From an uncultured Actinomycetota bacterium (GTDB taxonomy: Bacteria; Actinomycetota; Actinomycetes; Propionibacteriales; Nocardioidaceae): a DNA stretch of 64,000 bases. Below, in pieces: positions 46,062 to 57,897 of this stretch. The notes below the pieces were generated by a model. That model was not told the DNA's origin, searched no databases, and saw only the letters and a list, made by a program, of their open reading frames with translations. Location: contig CAWERR010000009.1 in NCBI GenBank assembly GCA_963811585.1, forward strand, positions 150,282-214,281, written 5' to 3'. How positions within the stretch are numbered: position 1 is the stretch's first letter; each line of letters starts with the position of its first letter. The translations under genes were made by a program, and so were the position numbers.

Positions 46062-46697
46062 ATGCCCCTCAACCCCACGTTGGACAAGACCCGCAAGGAC
46101 CTGGAGCGCGTCCTCGGCGAAATCGACAAGACTCCGTTGTATGCCGTCGTCGGCGTCGGCGACCTGGCCGTAGAGAAGATCCGCGGTGCTCGCACCGAGC
46201 TGACCGCTCGCGCTGCGACCTTTGACCCGCAGGCGTTCCGCAACCAGGCGCAGGCCACCCTGAACGCCCGTGTCGGGTCGTTTCAGGAAGACGTCAAGGC
46301 CACTCCCGAGCAGGTGAAGACCCTGCCGACCAAGGCGCAAGCGGCGTTGGCTGAGCTCCTTGCGAACGCCCTGGCGACCTACGACGTGCTGGCCGGGCGT
46401 GGCAAGGGTCTCGTGACTCGCGTCAGCCACCAGCAATCCACCAGCGACCTGCACGACCAGGCCAAGAGCACCGTGGCCCGCGCCAAGGCGACCACGACCA
46501 CGGTCAAGAAGCAGGCAGCGGCGACGAAGAAGTCGGCGAGTTCCACCGTCGGCACCGCCAAGAAGTCTGCAAGCAAGGCGCGGACCTCCGCGAAGGCGAC
46601 GACGACCAGTGCCAAGAAGACCGCGACTGCAGCGCAGAAGGCCACCTCAGCCGCTGCGGACAAGGTCGGTAACGGACCCGGGGCACCATCTGCATGA
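46062..46697 (+). CDS. HbhA-like (heparin-binding hemagglutinin family) protein with a Lys/Ala/Thr-rich C-terminal repeat tail
   Basis: The N-terminus TPLYAVVGVGDLAVEKIR and a coiled-coil middle are followed by the tail KKQAAATKKSASSTVGTAKKSASKARTSAKATTTSAKKTATAAQKA. Confidence 0.7.
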   Translation: MPLNPTLDKTRKDLERVLGEIDKTPLYAVVGVGDLAVEKIRGARTELTARAATFDPQAFRNQAQATLNARVGSFQEDVKATPEQVKTLPTKAQAALAELLANALATYDVLAGRGKGLVTRVSHQQSTSDLHDQAKSTVARAKATTTTVKKQAAATKKSASSTVGTAKKSASKARTSAKATTTSAKKTATAAQKATSAAADKVGNGPGAPSA

Positions 46698-46706
46698 CCT
46701 GACAGC

Positions 46707-46742
46707 AAGGGCCGCCGTGAGCTATGGCTCGCGGCGGCCCTT
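46707..46742 (+). terminator. strong stem-loop after the hbhA-like gene
   Basis: aagggccgccg(t)gagc-tatg-gctc(g)cggcggccctt, followed by tcgttgtg. Confidence 0.6.
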
Positions 46743-46786
46743 CGTTGTGCACGGTCCGCTGCGGGCGGCCGGTTACGATTGTTGGC

Positions 46787-47089
46787 GTGACCGCGCTCAT
46801 CGACCCCAGTCTTGCTCTTGAGATCGAGAACAAGTTCCTGCTGGTTCTGTGGCTGGCGCTGCTCGGTGTGAAGGGCTTCGCCCTCTGTGACGCGGTCATC
46901 CGGAAGGACGAGTTCTTCGTTGCCGCAGACAAGCAGAACAAGGTCTTCTGGCTGCTTCTGCTTGGCATCTTCCTCGTCCTGCATCTGCTGTTCGGCGAGT
47001 CCATGCTGTTCAACATGATCGGCACTGTCGCGGCGATCGTCTATCTCGTCGACGTTCGACCGACGCTGCAGTCCATGCAGCAGCGCTGA
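46787..47089 (+). CDS. DUF2516 family membrane protein (Rv0476-like)
   Basis: GTG at 46787, downstream of the terminator hairpin. FLLVLWLALLGVKGFALCDAV...KVFWLLLLGIFLVLHLL. Confidence 0.65.
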   Translation: MTALIDPSLALEIENKFLLVLWLALLGVKGFALCDAVIRKDEFFVAADKQNKVFWLLLLGIFLVLHLLFGESMLFNMIGTVAAIVYLVDVRPTLQSMQQR

Positions 47090-47099
47090 GCTCCCGCGG

Positions 47100-47879
47100 G
47101 TGCCGATGGTGGCCGGGCCCGACGGCCCGATCGAATGTCTCGTGAGTGGCTCAGGCGAGCCCGTGACCGTGTTTGCTCACGGGCTGGCGGGATCGATCGA
47201 CGAGACCCGGCCGTTTGGTTCCGGCGTTGCCGGCACCCGGGTCTTCTTCCACTTCCGGGGGCACGGCGCCACGGTCGGCTCGGAGGCGCCGTGGACGTAC
47301 GCCGCCTTGGAGCCGGAGCTCCGTGCGGTGGCCGCCGCGTACGGCGCTCGACGTGGACTGGGCGTCAGCCTCGGCGCCGGGGTGCTGCTCCGCGCCGCGG
47401 TCGAAACTCCTGAGCTGTTCGATCGGCTGGTGTTCGTGCTGCCCGCCACGCTTGACGAGCCTCGCGCCGATCCGGCGATCGAGCTGATGGTGCAGCAAGC
47501 CGAGCTTCTCGAACGCCACGACCTCGCTGGCCTCACCGCCGCTCTCGTGGCGGACCAGCCGGCTGAGGTGAGAGATCGCGCGGACGTCCGCGTGTGGGCC
47601 GAGCGGCGGGCGCGCCGGTTGTCGGCGACGGCGGTGGCCCGAGGGTTGCGTGAGCTGCCGCCGCAGCATCCGCTCGCCAGCCGGTCGGAGCTGCGCGCCA
47701 TCACCTGCCCCGTCCTCGTCATCGGCCAGGAGGGCGACGCAGCCCACCCAGCGAGCCTGGCGCGGGAGCTGGCATCGCTGTTGCCCACGGCGCAGCTCGT
47801 GGTGTTCGACCGCGGCGGTGTGCTGTGGACACACCGAGCCGCCGTCCGATCGCTGATCAGCACCTTCCTCAACACCTGA
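47100..47879 (+). CDS. alpha/beta hydrolase fold protein
   Basis: 259 aa. PVTVFAHGLAGS...GVSLGAG nucleophile-elbow-like motif. Confidence 0.65.
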   Translation: MPMVAGPDGPIECLVSGSGEPVTVFAHGLAGSIDETRPFGSGVAGTRVFFHFRGHGATVGSEAPWTYAALEPELRAVAAAYGARRGLGVSLGAGVLLRAAVETPELFDRLVFVLPATLDEPRADPAIELMVQQAELLERHDLAGLTAALVADQPAEVRDRADVRVWAERRARRLSATAVARGLRELPPQHPLASRSELRAITCPVLVIGQEGDAAHPASLARELASLLPTAQLVVFDRGGVLWTHRAAVRSLISTFLNT

Positions 47880-47926
47880 CGCTGGTGTCGGTGGCGATGT
47901 CGTAGCGGCAGGGTGAGGATGCAGGT

Positions 47927-48427
47927 ATGGAGATCACCCTCGTGCAGGGAGACATCACCACGCAGCAGGTCGACGCCATCGTCAACGCGGCCAACCGCGG
48001 GATGCGTGGCGGCGGTGGCGTGGATGGTGCCATCCACCGCGCCGGGGGCTCGGCTGTGCTCGAGGACTGCAAAGCCCGGTTTCCGCACGGGCTCGCGACC
48101 GGCGGCGCCGGCTGGACTACCGCGGGAAACCTGCCGGCGCGCTGGGTCATCCACGTCGTCGGGCCCAACTACTCAGCCGGCGAACGCGACCGGAGCCTGC
48201 TGACCTCGTGCTACGCCGGCGCGCTCGCCGTGGCCGACGAGCTCGGTGCCGCGTCGATAGCGTTCCCACTCGTCTCGGCAGGCATCTACGGGTGGCCGCT
48301 GGATGACGCAGCGGCAGCCGCGGTCGAGACCCTCCGAGGTGCGGAGACGAAGGTCGCCGAGGCAAGACTCGTGGCGTTCGGCCCAGCGGCGTACGACGCG
48401 ATCACCAGCGCCCTCGAGCAGACCTAG
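47927..48427 (+). CDS. macro domain protein (O-acetyl-ADP-ribose deacetylase, YmdB-like)
   Basis: VQGDITTQQVDAIVNAAN...GGGVDGAIHRAGG...SIAFPLVSAGIYGWP. Confidence 0.85.
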   Translation: MEITLVQGDITTQQVDAIVNAANRGMRGGGGVDGAIHRAGGSAVLEDCKARFPHGLATGGAGWTTAGNLPARWVIHVVGPNYSAGERDRSLLTSCYAGALAVADELGAASIAFPLVSAGIYGWPLDDAAAAAVETLRGAETKVAEARLVAFGPAAYDAITSALEQT

Positions 48428-48434
48428 CTCGACG

Positions 48435-50333
<1,899 letters not shown>

Positions 50334-50436
50334 GAGAAGAACGTGCGTCCTGTCGATGCGGGTGTTGCCGCCACGCGGCGGCCAATCGATCTTATCCGCG
50401 CCCGGGCAGTCCACCGAATCGCTGCACGCCCTGATC

Positions 50437-50487
50437 CGCCGGTCGAGCTTGTCGAGACCACTGGATCTCGACAAGCTCGATCACCGG
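50437..50487. repeat. near-perfect inverted pair of the repeat family (19-bp stem, 4-nt loop)
   Basis: ccgcc-ggtcgagcttgtcgagacc-actg-gatctcgacaagctcgatc-accgg, with 17 of 19 stem positions complementary. It lies between the SDR stop (50498) and the typA start (50333). Confidence 0.8.
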
Positions 50488-50497
50488 AGGTGGCCAG

Positions 50498-51247
50498 TCA
50501 GGGCTCCCGGTGGACCTTGTGCTGGGCGGCCTGTGCTCGCGGCCGAACTACCATCAGGTCGATGTTGACGTGTGCCGGCCGGGTGGCGACCCACACGACG
50601 GCGTCGGCGATGTCGGCGGCGGTCAATGGATCTGGCACTCCGGCATACACAGCATCACGCTTCTCCTCGTCACCACCGAACCGCACCAGCCCGAACTCTT
50701 CCGTTCTGACCATGCCCGGCGCGATCTCGGTGATCCGCACCGGCTTGCCGACCAGCTCGAGGCGCAGCGTCTCGGTCATCACCGCGACGCCGTGCTTGGC
50801 TGCCGTGTAGCCACCGCCGCCTTCGTAGGCAGTGCGCCCTGCCGTCGATCCCATGTTGATCAGTACCCCGTCGCCGCTGGCGATCAGCGCGGGCAGGAGC
50901 GCCTGAGTCACGTTGAGCGTGCCGAGCACGTTGACGTCGTACATTGCCTTCCAGTCCTCGACGTTGGCGGCCGCGACCTCGTCGGCGCCGAATGCGCCAC
51001 CGGCGTTGTTGACCAGCACGTCGAGCTGGCCACCGACCGTGTCGGCCAGCCGGCGTACGTCGTCCGGACTCGTCACGTCACACGCAACCGCCAAGCCGCC
51101 GATCCGCTCGGCCAGCGAGTCGATCCGGTCGCGCCGACGGGCCGCGCACACGACGTGGAAGCCATGTTCGGCTAGCGCGGTGGCGGTTGCAGCGCCGATC
51201 CCGCTGCTCGCTCCGGTGACTACTGCTGTGCCGCGTGCATCACTCAT
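50498..51247 (-). CDS. SDR-family oxidoreductase
   Basis: ATG at 51247. [27 protein letters not shown]. Confidence 0.85.
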   Translation of the reverse strand: MSDARGTAVVTGASSGIGAATATALAEHGFHVVCAARRRDRIDSLAERIGGLAVACDVTSPDDVRRLADTVGGQLDVLVNNAGGAFGADEVAAANVEDWKAMYDVNVLGTLNVTQALLPALIASGDGVLINMGSTAGRTAYEGGGGYTAAKHGVAVMTETLRLELVGKPVRITEIAPGMVRTEEFGLVRFGGDEEKRDAVYAGVPDPLTAADIADAVVWVATRPAHVNIDLMVVRPRAQAAQHKVHREP

Positions 51248-51310
51248 GGGCGGCATTCTTGCGATCGGAGCAGCGCACCGAGTCGCGGGGGTGCAGGAAA
51301 TACGGGAGAC

Positions 51311-52657
51311 TTGACGGTTGTTGCGCTTCATGGAGGTGTGAACCCGGTGTTCCGACGAGCCGACGTACCGCGTGTCGATCGGCGCGCGCGAGCGTTGAAG
51401 CGCGTGGCGATGCTCAGCGTCCACACGTCCCCCCTCGACCAGCCTGGCACCGGCGACGCAGGCGGCATGAACGTCTACATCGTCGAGCTGTCGCGTCAGC
51501 TGGCCGCTGCAGGCATCGCCGTCGACATCTTCACCCGCGCGACCGAGGGTGACCTGCCGCCCGTCGTCGAGCTGGCTGATGGCGTCGTCGTCCGGCACGT
51601 GGTGGCCGGCCCGTTCGAAGGGCTTACTAAGGCCGAGCTGCCCGGTCAGATGTGCACGTTCGCCCGCGAGGTGCTGCGCACGGAGGCGTCCTACGCATCC
51701 GGCTACTACGACGTGATCCACTCGCACTACTGGCTCTCCGGGCAGGTCGGCGCGCTGGCCCGTGACCGCTGGGGAGTGCCGCTCGTCCACTCCATGCACA
51801 CCATGGCGAAGGTGAAGAACAGCCTGCTCGCAGTTGGCGACCTCGCCGAGCCGCCCGCGCGGATGATCGGCGAGGAGCAGGTCGTCGCGGCCGCCGACCT
51901 GATCGTCGCGAACACCGACGACGAGAGTCGCCAGCTCATCGACCTATATGACGCCGAGCCCGACCGGGTTCGGGTGATCAGCCCGGGTGTCGACCTCGCG
52001 GTCTTCACTCCTGGCTCGACTCAGCAGGCCCGCGCCAGGCTCGGGCTGGCCGCGGACGCCCTCGTGGTGATGTTCGTCGGTCGGATCCAGCCTCTCAAGG
52101 CGCCCGACGTCGTGATCCGCGCAGTAGCCGACCTGCTCGACCGACAACCCCATTTGCGCGACCGACTGGTGGTGCCGGTGGTCGGCGGTCCGTCCGGGTC
52201 GGGGATGGACACACCAACAGACCTGGCCGACCTGGCCGAGTCTTGCGGTGTCGCTGACATCGTCCGGTTCGTCACGCCGCGCACCCAAAGCGAGCTCGTC
52301 GACTACTACAGAGCAGCCACATTGGTCTGCGTGCCGTCCTACAACGAGTCCTTCGGGCTCGTCGCCATCGAGGCGCAGGCGTGCGGCACTCCGGTCGTCG
52401 CGGCCCGCGTCGGCGGCCTGTCCACTGCCGTCTCCGACGGTCGCAGTGGTGTGCTCGTCGACGGCCACGACCCGGCCGACTTCTCGCGCGCCTTCGAGAG
52501 CCTGCTGACCGATCAGGAACTGGCCGACCGGCTCGGCCGCGGCGGTGTGTTGCATGCCCAGCGCTTCGGGTGGGCACGTACCGCCGAGGAGACCCTGACG
52601 GCATACCGCGACGCGGCTGACCTGATGCGTGCCGACGCGCTCGCGATCGCCGAGTGA
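51311..52657 (+). CDS. mshA: D-inositol-3-phosphate glycosyltransferase (mycothiol biosynthesis)
   Basis: [30 protein letters not shown] plus the GT4 C-terminal [19 protein letters not shown]. The start is uncertain (TTG 51311, GTG 51347 or GTG 51404). Confidence 0.85.
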   Translation: MTVVALHGGVNPVFRRADVPRVDRRARALKRVAMLSVHTSPLDQPGTGDAGGMNVYIVELSRQLAAAGIAVDIFTRATEGDLPPVVELADGVVVRHVVAGPFEGLTKAELPGQMCTFAREVLRTEASYASGYYDVIHSHYWLSGQVGALARDRWGVPLVHSMHTMAKVKNSLLAVGDLAEPPARMIGEEQVVAAADLIVANTDDESRQLIDLYDAEPDRVRVISPGVDLAVFTPGSTQQARARLGLAADALVVMFVGRIQPLKAPDVVIRAVADLLDRQPHLRDRLVVPVVGGPSGSGMDTPTDLADLAESCGVADIVRFVTPRTQSELVDYYRAATLVCVPSYNESFGLVAIEAQACGTPVVAARVGGLSTAVSDGRSGVLVDGHDPADFSRAFESLLTDQELADRLGRGGVLHAQRFGWARTAEETLTAYRDAADLMRADALAIAE

Positions 52658-53190
52658 CCCCAGCAGTGGGCGCGGCCGACCGGGAGCGTGCCGTCGACAC
52701 CATCAGGGCCGCCCTCGCCGAGGCCGGGCTTGACGCCGCCGAGCTGCGTCCGGGCGTCTTTGCGTTCGACTTGCCCGGCGAACGCAAACTCGCGACCCCT
52801 TGCCAGCTCGTCGTCGGCGACCATGCGCTCGCGGTCCACGCGTTCGTATGCCGCAATCCCGACGAGAACCACGAAGGCGTCTACCGCTGGCTGCTCAGCC
52901 GCAACCTCAAGCTCTACGGGGTCGCCTTCGGCATCGACCACAACGGCGACATCTACCTCGATGGCCGCCTTCCGCTGGCCACCGTCACGGCCGAGCAGGT
53001 CGACCGGTTGCTCGGGTCAGTGCTTTCCTACGCCGACGAGTCCTTCAACACGATCCTCGAGCTCGGCTTCGCATCGTCGATCCGCAAGGAGTGGGAGTGG
53101 CGGATCAGCCGGGGTGAGTCGACCCGCAACCTCGACGCGTTTCGTGGCTGGCTCGACCGCGATGAGGACCCACAGCCGCCGCAGTTGTGA
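52654..53190 (+). CDS. YbjN-domain protein (Rv0487-like)
   Basis: The GTG start overlaps the mshA stop (GTGA). Its position after mshA is conserved. [19 protein letters not shown]. Confidence 0.65.
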   Translation: MTPAVGAADRERAVDTIRAALAEAGLDAAELRPGVFAFDLPGERKLATPCQLVVGDHALAVHAFVCRNPDENHEGVYRWLLSRNLKLYGVAFGIDHNGDIYLDGRLPLATVTAEQVDRLLGSVLSYADESFNTILELGFASSIRKEWEWRISRGESTRNLDAFRGWLDRDEDPQPPQL

Positions 53191-53379
53191 CTGCGCGACG
53201 TCACCAGCAGCATATTGCCAGGTCGTCAAGCGGAAACCACGTACCGGCAACGTGTCGACAATCACCTCTGCGCAATTTGGATCTGCCCGTTATGACCCCT
53301 ACTCTGTAAGAGGTAAGGGACGCATCCGCGTCTTACGTCGTCACCGGCCCTGCCTGGGCCGCAGAACTTGGAGGAAGTC

Positions 53380-53547
53380 ATGTACACCGCACCGGACGTC
53401 GCGCGCGAGATCGGCGCGTCCAGACGAGCCGAGGCGCGCTGTCATGCCCTCGTATCCGTGGCCCGACTCGCCAACCGCGAGCGTCGCATCAAGCGCCGGA
53501 TAGCGATCGCCGAGACCCGCGTCGCCGGCCAGGCGCTCCACAACTGA
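53380..53547 (+). CDS. candidate small Arg-rich protein (55 aa)
   Basis: Not in the ORF track (under 60 aa). GGAGGA at 53370-53375 lies 4 nt before the ATG at 53380. Translation is MYTAPDVAREIGASRRAEARCHALVSVARLANRERRIKRRIAIAETRVAGQALHN. It sits in a 380-nt gap of lower GC. Confidence 0.35.
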   Translation: MYTAPDVAREIGASRRAEARCHALVSVARLANRERRIKRRIAIAETRVAGQALHN

Positions 53548-53574
53548 CCCTCCTCGCCCAGCGAGGCGGAGACC

Positions 53575-54330
53575 TCAGCGGCCTTGGCTCTTCACCGCTT
53601 CGATCGCCTCGGCGGCAGCGGCGGGGTCGAGGTACTCCCCTCCGGCCGTAGTCGGTCGCATCCGGCTGTCGAGCTCGTAGAGCAGCGGGATGCCGGTGGG
53701 GATGTTGAGTCCGACGACCGTCTCTTCTGACATGCCGTCGAGGTGCTTCACCAGGGCTCGCAACGAGTTTCCGTGTGCTGTCACCAGCACCGTCTGCCCG
53801 CTGCGCAGGTCAGGGACGATCGCGTCGTACCAATAGGGCAGCATCCGGTCGACGACGTCGGCGAGGCATTCGGTGCGCGGCATCAGCTCGGCCGGGAGGT
53901 CGGCGTAGCGCGGGTCGCCGGACTGGCTGAACTCGTCGTCGTCGTCAATCGCGGGTGGCGGTGTGTCGTACGACCGGCGCCACAGCATGAACTGCTCCTC
54001 GCCGTACTGCTCGAGCGTCGCCTTCTTGTCCTTGCCCTGCAGCGCGCCGTAGTGACGCTCGTTGAGCCGCCACGACCTCCGCACCGGAATCCAATGCCGG
54101 TCGACAGAGTCGAGGCACAGGTCTGCCGTCTGGATCGCCCGCCGGAGCACTGACGTGTGCAGGACGTCCGGGAGCAGGTCGCGGTCAGTCAACAAGGTCC
54201 CGCCGCGAGTCGCCTCCGCGCGCCCCTTCTCGGTGAGCGCGACATCGACCCAGCCGGTGAATAGGTTCTTCGCGTTCCAGTCACTCTCGCCGTGGCGGAG
54301 GAGGACGAGGCGGTACGGCGCGTCGTTCAT
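53575..54330 (-). CDS. gpmA: 2,3-bisphosphoglycerate-dependent phosphoglycerate mutase
   Basis: [23 protein letters not shown]...[11 protein letters not shown]...[11 protein letters not shown]. Confidence 0.95.
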   Translation of the reverse strand: MNDAPYRLVLLRHGESDWNAKNLFTGWVDVALTEKGRAEATRGGTLLTDRDLLPDVLHTSVLRRAIQTADLCLDSVDRHWIPVRRSWRLNERHYGALQGKDKKATLEQYGEEQFMLWRRSYDTPPPAIDDDDEFSQSGDPRYADLPAELMPRTECLADVVDRMLPYWYDAIVPDLRSGQTVLVTAHGNSLRALVKHLDGMSEETVVGLNIPTGIPLLYELDSRMRPTTAGGEYLDPAAAAEAIEAVKSQGR

Positions 54331-54383
54331 CCCCGCACCCTATCTGCGCGGGCGGCGCGTCACAGGCCAGCCGGCCAGCGGGC

Positions 54384-55034
54384 TCAGACGCCTGCTGGGT
54401 GCTGGCCCGTCACCAGGAACACGATCCTGCGGGCCATGGATACGGCGTGGTCACCGATCCGCTCGTAGTAGCGGCCGAGCAAGGCCATGTCGATGGCCGG
54501 CTCGACGCCCTGGTCCCAGACGTCGCTCAGCAGAGTGCGGAACATCAGGCGACGAAGCCGGTCCATGTCGTCGTCGGCGATCTCGAGCTGGCGAGCAGCC
54601 TCGACATCGCGGGTTTCGACGATCTCGGCGGCCGCAAGGATCATCTCGTCGGCGGTCCTGGCCATGTCCTTGATGGTGGGGATCAGTATCAGCGGCACTG
54701 CGCGCGTGGGGTAGCGCATCCGGGCCACCTTGGCGACGTGCACGGACAGGTCGCCCATCCGCTCGAGGTCCGCGACCATCCGCAACGACGCCACGAGCAT
54801 CCGCAGGTCGCCCGCCACAGGTGACTGACGCGCGAGGATGTCAAAGCTCTCCTCCTCGATCCGCTCTCGCGCCTCGTCGATCGCGAGGTCACCGCTGATC
54901 ACCGCTTCGGCGGCGGACACGTCGGCGTCTAACAGGGCTTGGGTGGCGGTGGACAGCGCGGCACGAACGCCGCCGGCCATCGCCACGAGTTCGTTGAGGA
55001 TGCTGTCGAGCTGCTGCTGATACTGGTCACGCAT
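54384..55034 (-). CDS. phoU: phosphate signalling complex protein PhoU
   Basis: ATG at 55034 (MRDQYQQQLD). Two PhoU repeats with ERIGD/ERMGD motifs. Confidence 0.85.
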   Translation of the reverse strand: MRDQYQQQLDSILNELVAMAGGVRAALSTATQALLDADVSAAEAVISGDLAIDEARERIEEESFDILARQSPVAGDLRMLVASLRMVADLERMGDLSVHVAKVARMRYPTRAVPLILIPTIKDMARTADEMILAAAEIVETRDVEAARQLEIADDDMDRLRRLMFRTLLSDVWDQGVEPAIDMALLGRYYERIGDHAVSMARRIVFLVTGQHPAGV

Positions 55035-55076
55035 GCCCTGACGGTAGAGCGGCGCGGTAACGCGTCGGCGACGGCC

Positions 55077-55105
55077 GGTGAACGTGGCATGAACAGTGTC
55101 GTAAA
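55077..55105. promoter_or_regulatory. three phased hexamer direct repeats (PHO-box-like; GTTCAC on the lower strand) in the phoU / senX3 divergent promoter region
   Basis: GTGAAC at 55077, ATGAAC at 55088 and GTAAAC at 55100 (spacings 11 and 12 nt). The reverse complement of the first is GTTCACC. Confidence 0.45.
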
Positions 55106-55167
55106 CCACGGGCTCGCCGGCAGCCATACCGCCAGGTCGTGGCTGGCTGGCTGCGTACGATCAGAGT

Positions 55168-56370
55168 ATGGATTCCTCGACCGCAGCCATCCTCGGTGGC
55201 CTTGTGGGTGCCGTCTTCGGTGCGGTGACGATCCTGGCGTTCCGGCTGAGTGAGCGCGACCAGGGTCGCACGGAGACCTCCCCGGTCGAGCCCGCCGTTC
55301 CCGCCGGCGTAGCTGCTGTCCTGTCGGTGCTGCGGTCGTCCGCCCTCGTGGTCGGTGCCGACGACACTGTCCTGAAGGCCAGTGCGCCGGCGCACGTCAT
55401 GGGACTAGTCCGCGGCACAGCGGTGGCGGTCGACGACCTATTGGATCTCGTGCGCCAGGTACGTCGCGACGGCCAGATCCGCGAGGCCGACCTCGTGCTC
55501 AGCCCACGGCGTGGCCGGTCCCTCCAGGTGGCGGCCCGGGTGGCGCCGCTGGGAAGCCGGCTGATTCTCGTCCTGGTGGAGGATCGCACTCGCGAGCGCC
55601 GCGTCGAGGCGATCCGGCGTGACTTCGTGGCCAACGTGAGCCACGAGCTCAAGACGCCCGTCGGCGCCCTGAACGTGCTCGCTGAGGCAGTGGGTGAGGC
55701 AGCGGAGGACCCGGAGGCGGTGCAGCGGTTCTCCGCGCGGATGCGCACCGAGAGCGAACGTCTGACCCGGCTCGTGCAGCAGATCATCGAGCTCTCGCGG
55801 TTGCAGGGCGACGACCCGCTCGGTGAGGCCGATGTGGTGACCGTCGACGCCATCGTCGAGGGCGCCATGGACAGAGTCCGGGTCGACGCAATGGACAACG
55901 GCGTGGACCTCACCTATGTCGCCGACGGCGGCCTCGCTGTGCTGGGCAATCAGGAGGAGCTGGTCGTGGCGGTTGGCAACCTCATCGAGAACGCCGTGGC
56001 CTACAGCGATGCCGGTGACCGGGTCGCGGTGTCCGCGCGACGACGGGGAGACATGGTGGATGTGGTGGTCTCCGACCATGGTGTCGGCATACCGGCTGCT
56101 GAGATCGACCGCATCTTCGAGCGCTTCTACCGGGTCGACCCGGCCCGTGCCCGTGCCACCGGCGGCACCGGACTCGGGTTGTCGATCGTCAAGCACATCG
56201 CCGCTACTCATGGCGGCGAGGCCAGCGTGTGGAGCGTCGAAGGGGAAGGGTCGACGTTCACGCTCACCCTCCCGGCCGCCGAGCTACGGCCGCCGGCAAG
56301 CATGCCCCGCCAGATCAACCGGGCGGCCGCGGCTCCATCCCTGTCCCTCACTGAGGAGGACGCCTCGTGA
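55168..56370 (+). CDS. senX3: phosphate-responsive sensor histidine kinase SenX3
   Basis: N-terminal TM, H-box FVANVSHELKTP, and N/G boxes (NLIENAVAYS, DHGVGIP, GGTGLGLSIV). It is followed by regX3. Confidence 0.85.
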   Translation: MDSSTAAILGGLVGAVFGAVTILAFRLSERDQGRTETSPVEPAVPAGVAAVLSVLRSSALVVGADDTVLKASAPAHVMGLVRGTAVAVDDLLDLVRQVRRDGQIREADLVLSPRRGRSLQVAARVAPLGSRLILVLVEDRTRERRVEAIRRDFVANVSHELKTPVGALNVLAEAVGEAAEDPEAVQRFSARMRTESERLTRLVQQIIELSRLQGDDPLGEADVVTVDAIVEGAMDRVRVDAMDNGVDLTYVADGGLAVLGNQEELVVAVGNLIENAVAYSDAGDRVAVSARRRGDMVDVVVSDHGVGIPAAEIDRIFERFYRVDPARARATGGTGLGLSIVKHIAATHGGEASVWSVEGEGSTFTLTLPAAELRPPASMPRQINRAAAAPSLSLTEEDAS

Positions 56371-57050
56371 CCCGAGTGCTCGTGGTCGAGGACGAAGAGA
56401 GTTACAGCGATGCCCTCGCGTACGTACTCCGCAAGGAGGGGTTCGACGTGGCGCTCGCCAATACCGGGCCACAGGCGATCGAGGAGTTCGCCCGCAACGG
56501 CGCCGACATCGTCCTGCTCGACCTGATGCTCCCCGGCCTGCCCGGCACCGAGGTCTGCCGCCAGCTGCGGCAGATGTCGGCCGTGCCCGTGATCATGGTG
56601 AGCGCCAAGGACGCCGAGGTCGACAAGGTCGTCGGCCTCGAGCTCGGCGCCGACGACTACGTCACCAAGCCCTACAGCCCGCGTGAGCTCGTCGCCCGCA
56701 TCCGGGCGGTGCTACGCCGGGGGCAGGAGCCCGAGCTCGTCCCGGCGACGCTCGAGGCAGGCGGGGTCCGGATGGACACCGAGCGGCATGTCGTCACGGT
56801 GGCTGGGGCCGAAGTGCGGCTTCCGCTCAAGGAGTTCGAGCTGCTCGAGTTGTTCCTGCGCAACGTGGGCCGGGTACTCACCAGAGGTCAGCTGATCGAC
56901 CGGGTCTGGGGAGCCGACTACGTCGGAGACACCAAGACACTCGACGTCCACGTGAAGCGGCTGCGCTCGAAGATCGAGCCCGACCCCACCAACCCACGCC
57001 ACTTGGTGACGGTGCGCGGGCTGGGTTACAAGTACGAAGGTCCGGGCTGA
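56367..57050 (+). CDS. regX3: OmpR-family response regulator RegX3
   Basis: The GTG start overlaps the senX3 stop. VLVVEDEESYSDAL...DIVLLDLMLPG...TKTLDVHVKRLRSKIE...VRGLGYK. Confidence 0.9.
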   Translation: MTRVLVVEDEESYSDALAYVLRKEGFDVALANTGPQAIEEFARNGADIVLLDLMLPGLPGTEVCRQLRQMSAVPVIMVSAKDAEVDKVVGLELGADDYVTKPYSPRELVARIRAVLRRGQEPELVPATLEAGGVRMDTERHVVTVAGAEVRLPLKEFELLELFLRNVGRVLTRGQLIDRVWGADYVGDTKTLDVHVKRLRSKIEPDPTNPRHLVTVRGLGYKYEGPG

Positions 57051-57069
57051 CCTAGCCTGCCGGGAAGTG

Positions 57070-57621
57070 TCAGCCGGACGCCTCAGCGTCGACGGGGCCA
57101 ACGGTCACCTCGGCATAGTCCGGTCCGTCCGACGAGGCGACCGGGACCTCGACCGTGACCGGCGCGGCCTGCTCGAACTCGAACGTCAGAGTGACGAGGC
57201 CCCCTGGGATGACGGTCTCTCCGGTCACCCGGAGTGCACCGCTGTGGGCGGTCTGCTCGGCAGTGTGTGGGGCGAGCTCGATGCCTTCGGTCGGCATCGG
57301 AGCCACCTGGACTTCGTCGCCATCGCCCGTCTCGGCCGTCAACGAGACGAGGGAGTCGGGTTCGTCTGCCTGGTTGATGAGCGCTGAGACGACGGTGCCG
57401 TTTCCCTCGTCGTCGGCGACCACGAGGGCGTTGACGACGTACACCTCGCTGCTGCGGACTGTCACGCCCTCGGCCGGCTGGTACGGCTGCTGAGTTTGAG
57501 CGTCAGTGCCGGCGCCACAGCCGGAAAGGATGGGCAACGCGAGCATCAGGAGCGCCGCGGGGGCGAGTGCGCGCAGCGCCGCACCACGGTGTCGGGCCGG
57601 TGTGAATGCGTTGGTCACCAC
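57070..57621 (-). CDS. lipoprotein, LpqE-like (DUF461-like) position next to carD
   Basis: GTG at 57621. The signal peptide and lipobox LPILSGC are followed by a beta-rich domain. Adjacency to carD matches Mycobacterium lpqE. Confidence 0.55.
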   Translation of the reverse strand: MVTNAFTPARHRGAALRALAPAALLMLALPILSGCGAGTDAQTQQPYQPAEGVTVRSSEVYVVNALVVADDEGNGTVVSALINQADEPDSLVSLTAETGDGDEVQVAPMPTEGIELAPHTAEQTAHSGALRVTGETVIPGGLVTLTFEFEQAAPVTVEVPVASSDGPDYAEVTVGPVDAEASG

Positions 57622-57897
57622 GATGGGTCGGTCCTCCCTGCCGCGCAGCCGCGGGGTCGCTCTCAGACGCCGCGGTTTCAGGCGTCGAGCCGCTGCGGGG
57701 CTCAGCGTATCCAAGCCGCCGCGCGAATAGCGAGATCGGTGGGCTCGCGGACGCCTGACTTGGCCACACAGCACCCGCGACAGGCACGAGATTCGCCGTT
57801 TGTCAAGCCCGAATCAATGCTCTGACCTGGGCAAACACAGTTCCGACCCGCCCCCTGACGTGGTATCCTAGAGGTCCTGGAAAGGGGTAGCTGACAC

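Noticed and set aside
50334-50474. N-terminal extension of typA ([17 protein letters not shown]...)
   Set aside because: It is encoded by the intergenic repeat hairpin. The TypA similarity starts at [29 protein letters not shown] (ATG at 50333).
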